A stretch of 62,624 nt of DNA, the filler included, from Catajapyx aquilonaris (Eukaryota), in NCBI GenBank assembly GCA_000934665.2. It is 3 parts of 3 records of this genome, joined end to end, with 100 filler letters (N's around TTAATTAATTAA, not from the genome) between each part and the next. Parts side by side here need not be neighbours in the genome. Positions count along the whole stretch, not along the records: positions 1 to 20,812 come from JYFJ02006187.1; positions 20,913 to 41,723 come from JYFJ02006189.1; 1 more part is not named here. One strand, 5' to 3'. The position numbers and the translations under genes were made by a program. Below, one piece after another: positions 13,601 to 24,606 of this stretch. Under the pieces are notes generated by a model that saw only the letters and a list, made by a program, of their open reading frames with translations, was not told where the DNA came from and did not search any database. The number at the start of each line of letters is the position of its first letter. Within the stretch, counting starts at the first letter, position 1.

Positions 13601-16600
13601 AGCCAACGTTGATGCCCATCCCGCAATCATATGCATACACTGCCACCCGTTCCTCTGTGCATTCACATATCCGTGATTCTGTACCCTGCGACCCATCTGC
13701 AATCCCACCTTTGCTTTGCCTTTGCTGGGACATATGCATTTTCCCACCTCAACATACCAATACCTTTTGAATTTTAAAAAACCCCAATGGGGTCCTAGTC
13801 TTCATTTTGGAAACTACATAAAAAATTCGGTCATATTTTGTTGATTTTTTTGGCAATTCCGTTTTAAGAAATCAGTTTCAGTTCCGGAGATATTGGCATT
13901 TTTTTCGGTAGGACATGGTGATGTCACTGTGTCCTAGCGAAATGTTGACGTCACGCAAAGTGAAAGGAAGGCAAGAATGATGTTTTAGAATGCGCCCTGC
14001 ATGGTCGTAAAATGCTTCATTGTTGTTAGCAACAGTCCTATTCCTGGTGCCTGTGGTGCCAGATCCTCGCAGAGCTCGGTTCGGAGGGCAGGCAGGATGC
14101 CCCAGGGCGAACCCACCCCTCTGTGTGCTGGAGGGAGTGAAGAAGCGTGAGCATGATACCTGCCGGGGCGTGATTTTACTCTAGGCCGCTCAAACCGCTT
14201 CTGGCCCGGCAGTGATGCCAGTAGCTCGGAATTATCTGTCTCCCGAATTCGGCACATAAAGGCCCCCTTTCTCCACTTTGATGGCCTACAGCCGCCTTGC
14301 AAATTCTTTGAGTAGTGTCTGCGGTAAATTAAAAATCAAATTCCTCATCTCTCGCAGTCAACCAGGCATTTCAGTGTACCCTTCGATTGGCACCACTCGG
14401 CTGCCCTTTTTTCCCGCGAATTTTTAAGGCACTTTTAAATATGCCGTAATTTATCCAGTAATGTCATTTTGATGCAACAGAGTGATGGAATGTGTGTTTA
14501 CAGGCATGGGCTGGCTATTTATGAACAAAAATCCCAAATCCCAGACCAAGGCTAGGACCCCATTATTGTATGAACAGAAATTCACAACCTCTGCCACTTC
14601 TACTTGCATGCACTCGCACACGTGTCTAAATTATATGCACACTTTCCGACCACGCTTTCTAACTGCTCATAACTCCCCTTTATTATAAACGTCCTTGGAA
14701 CTCTGCAGTGTTTGTATAACCTCCTGAAACCTGATGTCCAATATATTGGACATCAGGTCTCAGGAGGATAAAGGCCCATACACACAGGCCGTCGACGGTT
14801 TTGGTTTTTGGTCGCGTTGACGCCGCGGACCAATCATGACTCATGTAAACAAGCGCAACCCATTGTTTAGAGCTTGTTTACATGGGTCATGATTGGTCCG
14901 CGGCGTCAACGCAACCAAAAACCAAAACTGTCGACGGCCTGTGTGTATGGGCCTTTAGATGATTGAAGCACTGGTTTCATTCTTACCGACACTTTCTTTT
15001 GACGTTCTCGACCTATCCTGCCCCTGTTCAGTGTCCATGTAGTTGGCACCACTGATAACCAACATCTTGACCTAGCCTATGTCCGGTTTGTTTATTACGT
15101 CATTCCAATTCGACCATTCCTTCTTCCCCCCTCCTCTCCCCCTCCCCTGTTGTCAGGTCACCGTGAAGACGTGGGTGGAGGATGGGGGAAGGGTGGAGGG
15201 GTCTTCACGGGAGAGGAGATGTGTTCTTGTTGACGTCCAGCGAACGACTGTGGCGTTCTTCCACCCATTGCGCATTCTCGGAAAGGGGGCCAATCGGAGG
15301 CGTCATGGTAACAATACGTCCATGTAACAATGGGCAGGGGCCAATCTGAATGTGGCAGCAACAACAATATGGGGGAGGACCAATGGCTTATACATACACC
15401 GCAAGCATTTTAATATTATAGATTGTAATGGAGCAATTTCAATTTCACTTTTTTTTGTTGTAACGTAACTAACGAATTGGTTATGGGGTTGCAGGAATGG
15501 TACAAGCACTGGTTTGTGCTTCGTGGCAGCACCCTCGTGTATTATCATGACCCCTCAGCTGAAGAACAGAGTACTCCAGATGGAGCCGTTGACCTATCAA
15601 CATGCCAGCGAGTGGAGGAAGTTGAAGTTGGAAGGAATTATGGGTTCCAACTTTGCCAACAGCAACTTGGAAGTGACCAGTCAGATAACAAGAGGTGCAT
15701 TTTGTCTGCTGTCACTGGAGGGATCCGTAGCAACTGGATTCAGGCCCTTAGAAATGCTGTGAATAAGGAAAAGTCAAGAGTTGCTGCTTCCTCAGATCTG
15801 GCGAGGGTTGGAAGAAAAGAGGTTGTGGGAGGGAGGGCTAGCATGGGAGCATTTTCATCAGATGAAGAATACAGGACTGCTTCAGAGGCATCTTGTGGGC
15901 CTGGGGAATCCCTTGAGTGGGGTGAAGAAGCTGGGGGAGATGGGGGAGGAGGTTCAGGATCCTTGCCACCATCACCACCTCTGAACAGGACACCCATTTC
16001 CAGAGTCAAAGAAAAGGCCAGGTCAGCATTTCATTTGTGTCCTAGTGAGGCTTTTACGATTTCCATCTCAATCATTGGCTTCTGCTGATTCAGTTTTGGT
16101 GTAATCATGTTTTAATAGTTGCAGTTGACTTCATTGAACCATGGAGCAAAATATGACAATTTTTTGCTTGCAGGTCACGATCAAATTCTCGGTCTCGCGT
16201 GATGAAACGCTCTCCTCCATCATCACGTAGAAGCACACAGGATGACTTTCCTGCCTTGCCTGAAGATGAAACTGTGCCAGTTATGGACACATCTGAAAAA
16301 TTGGAGCAGGTCACCTCCAAGCAACCTGAAGTTCAGTTACCATTAGAAGAATCCCCTAAGTCAACCTTGAACAATCAGCTACCTTCTGAAGGAGGCCTGG
16401 TGGGCAGGAGGCCATACTCACGGGGGCACAATTCCCCATACACCTACCCTGTTCTAGACTCTGCTGATGGAGTGAGTAATTGCCTGACATGCTGACATTT
16501 GTGTGCCTCTTATTGTGGGTTCTCTGTGATATATTTATTTGGACCTAGTTTTATGAATGCAAATTTGTAGACAATCTTCAGTTATGTGTGTTGTTCATAA

Positions 16601-18589
16601 TGCATAAGCAGAGATTTTTCAAAGGGAATTTTTGTCGATACATTGGGGACACAAGCCTTAATTCAGAAGATTGGCAGTGCTTTCTCAGGGCACAGTGACG
16701 TGGGGTTGAGTTTTTCTTCTTAGATAAAAGAGATGGAAATATAAACTATGGGACACCATTATAATTAACATATCTTTTTAGTCCCTTGAAGACTCACTGG
16801 CAAATGCTGGAGAGACCATACGTCGCCAGAGGGTGGAACTGGAGTCTTTGAAGCGAAAGCTGAACACAGCGGCCACAGAAAAGAAGAATGCAGAAAGAGA
16901 AGCCGAGCGTGCAAAGAGAGAGCGTCGGGAAGCTGAAGAGAGGCAAGCTGGGAGGGAACAGCGTGTAGACTCACTGGAAATGCATGTGAAAGAGCTGTTG
17001 GAGAAGTTGGAGGCTGCCCAGGCACAGGTAGAACAAAGAGAAGAGAGGCTGGAATCTGCCTTGGAAATGGCATCAAGGTGAGGGGATTTTTATTATTATT
17101 ACTATTACTACTGCTCTATAGAGATTCTGCATTTCGTCGGCTGGCGATCAAACCCTTGTAACTCCATTTGTCATAATCTAGAATGCACAAAACCTCGTAA
17201 CACTTTGCACAACTTTGCAACGGTGTACATGAATTCAACATCATCCTCATGAAAGGTAAGGTTTACGTTGTGCTATACTGTAGGAATAATTGTCAGCATG
17301 AACAGAAAACATGATTTTACAAAATGTTTTTTGTCCCTCCTGTAAAATTTGGTCTTGAGGAGTTACGAGGTTTTGATCGCCGGCCGACGATTTGTTACTG
17401 GAGTGCTGAATTACTGTATTATTTGTATTTATCCTGAAAAATTACAGTGATTTTTCTGCATGTGACTGTTGAAATTATGTGATGTGCTAGCCAGAACCCT
17501 GTCTTCCCCACCCACACTCAACTCGAGAATGAAATTTAGGGAAAAGTTCATTCCACAATTGGGCCATTAAAGTGCAGGGTGATCGAAAAAGAATGCGCCG
17601 ATTTTATCATGGATGAGGCGACTATTTATGTACACAGTCAAGAACAATGTGTTTGGTGTAAAGACACATCAATGCCAGCACCTACAGGATAGGATCGCAA
17701 CCGTATCTCCAGATATGATTGAGTGGGTTTGGCACGAGACCGAATATATTCTTTTTGTTATTTGCTGAGCGACAAATGTAGCTCAAATTGAAAAAACTAA
17801 GGTGAGACTAAAACGACCTTTCTTAGCATTTCAAACCTTAAATCATTAAGATATGTATGCAAGTTTTCGAGTTATAAGGTTTCAAAACCAGCGCATTCTT
17901 TTTCGATCACCCTGTATAAGTTGTAAGAGATTTTTTTACTGCACATGACAGTGTTGACAACCAAAAACATTCTCTTGGCATTTTCCAGCACAAAGCTGAC
18001 TGAGGTGTCTTGTGATACTGTTTATGACATTGCTAAATGAGTGTTGTGGTATGAAAGACTGAATCTTGGTATTCATTTTTTTTTCTTATGAAGTTTCTAT
18101 ATCCTTGATTCTGGCTTTAAATGCCCTCCAGATCTCTCACAACTTTGGAGTGGCATTGTCAGAGTGTTTCTCAATTTCTATGCACTTCTTTGAAGTGCAT
18201 AGAAATTGAATTGTTTTAATCTTCTCAGATGTGAAGAGCTCTCTGCAAGATGCTTGGAGTTGCAAAAGGGCAAGGAAGAAGGGCAAAGGGCAGCAGAGAA
18301 TTGGAAAGATTTATTTCATCGTCTGGAGGAAAGGTATGCAAGGGAAAGAGAGGACTGGGAAGTGCAGTTGGAGGAGCTGGAGAAGAAGTTGCAAGAGAAG
18401 GATATGCATGTGAAAGGAGAAGAGGAAAGGAAAGGGAAGGCTGACAAGAAGGCTGCTGATAGACGGAGACATTCATACTCTTCATCTCTTAGTTCAGTTC
18501 ATTCATCATCTGCAAAAAAGAACTGGAAAGCCTGGACAGGCTCTTTGTCTGATCTGGTTGACATTGATTACGCTCTGGATGTATCACAG
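1690..18589 (+). CDS. osp: Outspread / MPRIP-TARA family protein (two PH domains + coiled coil), partial at both ends
   Basis: Phase-consistent GT/AG exons: 1690-1770 ([27 protein letters not shown]), 3929-3994 ([22 protein letters not shown]), 4104-4292 ([25 protein letters not shown]...FPRSK), 5950-6043 ([12 protein letters not shown]), 8279-8389 ([11 protein letters not shown]), 12751-13073 (...[15 protein letters not shown]), 15495-16021 (PH2: [20 protein letters not shown]...RSNWIQAL), 16174-16471, 16782-17077 and 18229-18589 (coiled coil). The PH1 peptide closely matches recalled Drosophila Outspread. No start or stop exon was found in this piece. Confidence 0.92.
7692..8207. mobile_element. 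Tc1/mariner-type MITE (foldback)
   Basis: Ends CAGGGTGTTTCC...GGAAACACCCTG, TA on both sides (7690-91, 8208-09), long inverted arms. Confidence 0.85.
9057..9942. mobile_element. Non-autonomous DNA transposon, Sola2-like
   Basis: TIR GGGCAATTCCA / TGGAATTGCCC with 4-bp direct repeat TAAT (9053-56, 9943-46). GRG termini with a 4-bp TSD are Sola2 features. Confidence 0.6.
11776..12705. mobile_element. Tc1-type foldback MITE (~930 bp)
   Basis: CACTACTGGTCAAAAGTTTAGC...GCTAAACTTTTGACCGGTACTG flanked by TA. The two halves are inverted copies meeting near 12240. Confidence 0.85.
13518..14689 (-). mobile_element. Putative non-autonomous Helitron
   Basis: Minus strand ends ...GCGAGCGTAGCGAGGGTTTTTCTAG followed by T (Helitron-like 3' end). 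A degenerate 5' end TTTATAATAAAGGGG lies near 14689; this boundary is uncertain. Confidence 0.4.
14772..14954. mobile_element. PIF/Harbinger (Tourist-like) MITE
   Basis: TIR AGGCCCATACACACAGGCCGTCGAC, near-perfect palindrome, flanked by TAA/TTA. A separate short hairpin abuts it at 14717-14770. Confidence 0.8.
17135..17389. mobile_element. Non-autonomous Sola1-like element
   Basis: TIR CGTCGGCTGGCGATCAAA / TTTGATCGCCGGCCGACG with exact 4-bp TSD ATTT (17131-34, 17390-93), fitting the AWWT Sola1 target. Confidence 0.7.
17575..17914 (+). mobile_element. Internally deleted Tc1/mariner element
   Basis: TIR CAGGGTGATCGAAAAAGAATGCGC. Interior keeps degenerate transposase-like peptide ([26 protein letters not shown]...ATNVAQIE). 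Confidence 0.7.
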
Positions 18590-18643
18590 GTCAGTTCACT
18601 GGGATTTATAATCCGTTATGTGGAGCATTCCATGACAATAATT

Positions 18644-20011
18644 TGTCGTTAATCTGACAAAATTGTGGGGTGAGAACACCAGGGTTCCACCTGACAATTT
18701 CACCAAAATTGAGTTATTGGTACAACATAGTTCTATATGCAATGATCTATATTATCCAGAAATTTTATCCCTATATCTCTAAAATTGACGGTGGAAATGA
18801 CTGTAACTTAATTCCATCTGCAGTTCCTATCCAGTCAGAACAACAAGGTCCTAATTTCATTCAGAAGCATGTGATTAATTGTTGCAGGTTTCACTGTGAT
18901 CAGAAGGTAACATATGAACTGAGATAGGCCATCATCAGAGCATTTTACGGGTTAGATCGAAATGGTAAATACCATCAAATTGTGTCCACTTCTCATTGTT
19001 CCTCCACAAAAAGGCACACAGTTCACACACATCAGAGTGGAGGAAAAAGGGTGTTATCTTTCAAGTACTTCCTAAATTGTAGGACCGAAAAGCAACACTA
19101 TCAGTTAGCTAGAAAACTGTGCATAATGTTCACAAGAAATAAGACCCTCACACAAACACTCTTCAGATAGGAGAGGAAAGAAGTTAATTCCTCGAATTTC
19201 CAATGAGATCAAGCAGGGGGTAAGGGATCATATCAATAGTTTTCCAAAAGTTGAGGCACATTATTTTCACTCATATACCAAAAGATAATACTTTAACCAG
19301 CAGTTATCTATAACTGCAATGTACTCTCTTGATGAGGAAAGCTGTAAGAAAGACAATTTTTTTGCAACCTCTGAAACTTTCTATGTACAGACATATTTTT
19401 AACACACAATTTAATTTGTGCTTTGTATCACCAAAAATAGACAGATGTGACTTATGTGAGGAATTATATGGGATAATTAATTTTTTATCATTCATAAGGA
19501 ACAACTAAGTTCCATCTGCGCAACATAACTCACTGCTTCATATGATTTTGGGTGTAACAAGGTTCTAGCTGCAAATTGACATTTTTATAATTAAAAATAT
19601 TGCAACTGTAATGTCATGACAATTTTTCTCCAAAGTGCTACTGAATCGAGAACTGTAAATTTAAATTATCACCAGAATTCAATAGTTAGTTCCTAGTATA
19701 TTGCACTAGTAACTTCAAAGCCTATTTCTGGAAAAAGTAGTTTAATGCAGATGGAACTGTGTTGTTCTCACCCCATGAAATGACAAATTCGACATTTTTG
19801 CTCAAATCTAATTATGACCTCTGCCAGCACCACCAAGTGTTGGGTCACGTTCTGACAAAACAGTGAACACGTGGGACAAATGGCATCAGAGTTAGAATGG
19901 AAAATTAAAAGGCCATCCATGTATTTGTATAGTGATTTGCAGGTTTCCTTTGGCTCGCCTGTAAAATTCTAAGGAAAATGTTGAATTGGTCTTTTTGTCA
20001 GATCAATGACG
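18644..20011 (+). mobile_element. Degenerate Sola1-like DNA transposon with transposase relic
   Basis: Imperfect TIR TGTCGTTAATCTGACAAAA / TTTTGTCAGATCAATGACG with TSD AATT (18640-43, 20012-15). Subterminal inverted GGGGTGAGAAC repeats. Broken ORF near 19220-19460 (VRDHINSFPKVEAHY...YRHIFNTQFNLCFVSPKIDRCDLCE). Confidence 0.65.
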
Positions 20012-20557
20012 AATTTTCAGAATTGAGTGAATCTGCCAAAGACAAATCAACATTAAGGTGAAATTTTAGTGTTCAGGCTCAGGAATGCATACCACTGCCA
20101 CTTAAAAGGCCAATGCTAGGGAAATCTGAAATAATGACTGGTATAGTCTTTCATCCATTACAAAATGTGACTGTTGGACTTGATCATGCCTGTTGTGTGC
20201 ATATGTGGCAGTAATTGGAAATGAGCAGGTCCTGGCTAGAGCATGCCTATCCTCATTACTCCAGAAGACACAATGGTGAACATGTGTTGAAAATTGGGAT
20301 TGAGGATAAAATATGGGCAGTTGTCTGCTACAAATGTGCACCGGGAATGTGTGGTGCCATAATCTGCAAGCTGCTGATGGAGGTGTATGGTCACTTTCAA
20401 CTACTGCTATGAATGCTCACAACATGCATGATAAAGGCCAACCATCACATTGTAAAGGAAGGATGCCTCTACCAACACATAATATTTTTTACCCCATAAG
20501 TTTATCAGCTGAGAAAAACTAAGTAAATGAAACTCATTTTTGGACTTTCCTAATATA

Positions 20558-20812
20558 CAGGGTGCTCAAAAACTCGCGGAAAGTCGCCAGGTAGCCTGAT
20601 AGGACTCGCAAAACTAATATAGGGATGTGGAAGTAGTTTTGGGCTAACTTGCATAGTTTTTGCGTACGACGGCTTTAAGATTTCGGGAGTTTCATGACGT
20701 CACATCCGCCTTGAGGCCCCCATTGCGTCATCATACATGTTGTTGTGGCTGTTGCCATTGGCACTGATTATTGTTGCGAATATTGTCAACTGTGATTGTT
20801 GAGAAATAAACA
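20558..20812. mobile_element. Tc1/mariner-type element end, cut by contig edge
   Basis: TA-CAGGGTGCTCAAAAACTC terminus; no partner TIR before the spacer. Confidence 0.35.
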
Positions 20813-20912
20813 NNNNNNNNNNNNNNNNNNNNNNNNNNNNNNNNNNNNNNNNNNNNTTAATTAATTAANNNNNNNNNNNNNNNNNNNNNNNNNNNNNNNN
20901 NNNNNNNNNNNN
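20813..20912. other. Artificial assembly spacer
   Basis: 44 N + TTAATTAATTAA (stops in all six frames) + 44 N. Confidence 0.97.
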
Positions 20913-21728
20913 CCATATTGTTATAACTTGGTGAGACCAAATTTTATCAAAATATTGTGCTTTATCTTTGACTGGACGACTGACAATGGATGACGGTGAA
21001 AAATTGTGATCATGTACATTATTGGGCTGTCATTGGATGGCGGGCGGCTCTGGATCGGTGGTGGTGGTGTTACACTGAACACCTATCCCTATAATGCTTA
21101 CATCAAGTCAAGGTGTGGTGGAGGGCCCATTATTCAAAGCTGAAAGATCTGTATATGAAGAATGCTGCAGAGATTATTAATTTCTGTGCTGCAGGTTCAG
21201 ATAGCCACATTTAGAGCTTCTCTCTCACTCCAGCATGTCCCCCGAGACGATGGACCTCACCGAACAGTTAGTTATGGTTTAAAGTCTACCGCAAAAAATA
21301 ATGATAATTATCCGAGCACAATTAACCGCAATTGTAGGCATTTATTATTTATGCGGCAGGCAGGAGAGCTGAACATCTGTCGACAGCAGTGCCGCCTGGC
21401 GGTGCGGCGTTCGATTTTTTGGGAGGCTGAGCTTTTCCGTTGGAGGGATACCCGATCGGCATACTAGTTTATTCTAGGTACTATAACAATGGGTACAACA
21501 ATCGTGACGTCATGATATGGCTTCCCTCCGGTCGATTTCGTATTTCCAAACCTGCCTACTTGCAGGCCGACCGCAACATTTGCAGCCGCACGAAAACGGT
21601 GTTCTTTTTAGCTCGCGCCGTAACCATGGCGACAGAACGCAGGTAACTTGTTTACTGCAAGTACTTGCAGGCGGGAGTTCATTTTACAGCCCTAACTCGG
21701 CAAACACTTTTAAAAAAAAAACTCTCAC

Positions 21729-23014
21729 CTGTCTGCAAAATCGATGTAACTAGATATATCTCGATTCTTCCCGGACTTCAGCAAGTAAACGATAGTCTGC
21801 AAAAATAAATTTAAAAAACTAATAGACACTGCGAAATATCTGTCATTATGTGGGTAAAAAAGCATACATGACAGGATAATAATACACCCTTAAAGGTAAA
21901 TGGTATTATTATCCTGTCAGGTATGCTTCCCTCCTGGCAACCAAGCACAACCGCTCAATTTTATATCATTTTTCACAAGGTGTAGCTAAGGCAAAATTAC
22001 ATTTTGTAGCCTATACTGAAAATTCCACACTAATTTCGGACTAATTAAGAACCATGCTAATTATATACCCTGAGCCTTCCATGTCTGTTTCTCTCCTCCC
22101 TGTCTGCAAGGCATCGGATCAGAGGGTCTTGCATGGCCGGACTAGAGTCAAAATCTTTCGTACAGTCGTAGATGTTACATTGGATTCTGAACGACTTGGG
22201 AGCCTGTGGAGTTTTACAAAAAAAAAATCGTGTATAGTTGAAGGCATTATTACTTGTTAGCCTGAATAAAACTTACCCAAGGACCTAGGACATAATCTCT
22301 CTTTTTCTTCTTGAAATCATTCCTGGTCATTTTAGCAGACTCGTTGCAATGAGAGTGTGTCTCGTACAGAAGTATGGCTATATCTTGGTTCTGGAATATT
22401 TGATGAAATGTTCATGTCAAAGTGCGAATTCTACACTTTCAAGTAACTTAGACTAGTGAACCCGTTGCCAAAAATTTGTATGACAGTGACAATCAATCGA
22501 CTTTAGTGAGATGGCCCGCCGATTTTCATTGCAGTACTATTCTTCACGCACAGATGGCGCACACTCCCTCTGCACACTCCTGCCACCGTGCGAGATATAG
22601 CGGTACTATCAGGTCGGACAAATATCAGGCGGAGAGAATAAGCCTTTTAGGAGAATATAGGTTTTGCCATGTTGGGTTTTAGCAGTATACCTCCAGGTAG
22701 TAGAAATCCCTTGGTGTCAGTTTGCTTTTGACGAAGTCCTCGTACTTTTGGAACCGTACACTGGCCTTGTCCAGGTGTTTTGGTATGTGGTGCATCGGAA
22801 ATTCCTTCCGGTCAATCGCAGCTATGCCGAATGAAACCTGGTAGTAATCCTCGATCTCTGGGAGGTACAGGTTCGGTGTGTATCTTGGAAAGGGTGCGCT
22901 TCCTCCCCAGGCATCTTCCTCCTCCTCATCCTTATTGTCCACTGGTGGTCGCAGGGCTTTGGCATGTTGTGCGGCCTTCTTTTGCTTACCAGTCTGCGAT
23001 TTGAATCCCGCCAT
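21729..23014 (-). CDS. CFAP299: CFAP299 (C4orf22/DUF4464)-like paralog B, 3' incomplete
   Basis: Exons 23014-22691 (MAGFKSQ...FQKYEDFVKSKLTPRDFYYLE), 22390-22277, 22203-22069 (DPLIRCLADREERNRHGRLR), 21796-21729 (TIVYLLKSGKNRDISSYIDFADR). Exons 2-4 have the same lengths as in paralog A (114/135/68 nt). Exons 5-6 were not found before the contig edge. Confidence 0.8.
21861..21927. repeat. Short inverted repeat in intron
   Basis: AGCATACATGACAGGATAATAATAC...GTATTATTATCCTGTCAGGTATGCT. Confidence 0.7.
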
Positions 23015-23314
23015 CCCAAATGCATTCCCACTTGTCACGCGTTCAAATTTTTAAAAACAGATTACGCTCAAAAATAAAAAAATACAAAAAATGGAAAGAT
23101 AAAATTAATGATGGTTGTAATGTTATAATGTATCCTTGGTTTCGACACGACAATTCAACAACAATTACTTATCAGTTACACAGTCAATAATATAGCCTTC
23201 TAGGTACGATAAGAGTACAATCACAATTTCATGCAGATGCAATTTGCCTGTAGTGTATAATTAGCCTACATATAGAACATGTCCTATAGATGAATATTTT
23301 TACGAACGCAACCC

Positions 23315-24169
23315 AGTGCGCACCACAGTTCACGCATCTAGCACGCTTGGCATTATCAATGAGAGTTTGTAAGCTCTCTGTATAGTGGGTGTACAGCAGT
23401 GCTGCACTTATTTCCGACGCTACTCTTGAAGGGGCGACGAAAATAGCAGACGTTTGCGACGTTGCTAATATACCTCCCAAGGTGTTAATTAATTATTTGA
23501 AATATTGTATATTAAATGTTAAAGAATTACGATTTTAATATTTTCAGTGATATCTGATGTTATCATAATAGCTATTTAAATATTTTATTAATATTTTGCA
23601 GTATTATTAGTAATATATTCAGTGTTAATGACTGTATTATTAGCAATTGACAATTACTTATTAGGCTACTAATTACAATTACAGATTGCAAATTACTAAT
23701 TACAAATTGCAAATTACTAATTAATTACTAATTGCAAATTACAATTACTAATTACTAATTACAGATTGCAAATTACTAATTACAAATTGCAAATTACAAA
23801 TTGCAAATTGCAAATTACAAATTACAAATTACAAATTGCAAATTACAATTACTAATTGCAAATTACAAATTACTAATTACAAATTGTAATTACAATTACT
23901 AATAATATAGTAATTAACAATGGATAATTATTAATTAGTTACCGGTAATTAATTAAGTTTAATTTAAATTTAATTTAAAATTAATTATTATTAGCAATTA
24001 CTAATTAATACCGTATAATACGTATATATTTATATCATTACTAATATTAAATGAGTATTTTTTAAATCTTCCATTTGAATTATTAGGAAATATTAGGCCC
24101 CCAGTAATAAGTAATTCTGGCAACGTTGGCTTTCAGAATAATGGAACTGCGCGAATGTGGGTGCGCACT
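23315..24169. mobile_element. GTGCGCAC-terminated inverted-repeat element, copy 1 (contains AT-rich minisatellite)
   Basis: AGTGCGCACCACAGTTCACGCA ... TGCGCGAATGTGGGTGCGCACT. Related copies at 25133-25222 and 26071-26637. Confidence 0.55.
23660..23905. repeat. AT-rich degenerate 7-mer minisatellite (AATTACA/AATTGCA/AATTACT)
   Basis: Directly visible tandem variants. Confidence 0.85.
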
Positions 24170-24606
24170 CGGCTGTGCTTGTTTAAAAAATTATTACCAC
24201 TATAATAATGATTGTCTGTAAATAATGCAGATGCAATTTTGCCTGTAATGTTTTAGGACATGTCCTGCTCATATAGTAATGTTTCTCAGAATTGATTCTC
24301 CAAACTCTGGCTACTCCCCGGATATATTGGCTCGAAAATGACACCATAATAAAAATGAAGTTGGCGTGTTGTTCTTCCTATATGAGAGGAATGCAGGTGT
24401 GGACTTTCTTTTACGAGTTTTTTTTAAAGGATTGCTGTATACCAGGCCGTAACGGTACCATCAGTTCCTCTGCATTCTTTTTGCAGATTTATAAATGATT
24501 TTTTTTTTTTTAGTTGACCAACTCCATCCTGTTTATTCAACCTAGTTACATCCGATGTATGTCTCAGTACATTTGCTTGCAAAAGAAGAGGGTCAGTTTC
24601 GATATA

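Noticed and set aside
21105..21165. TDLSALN peptide as exon 5 of CFAP299-B
   Set aside because: Flanked by in-frame stops, wrong phase, and no further similarity.
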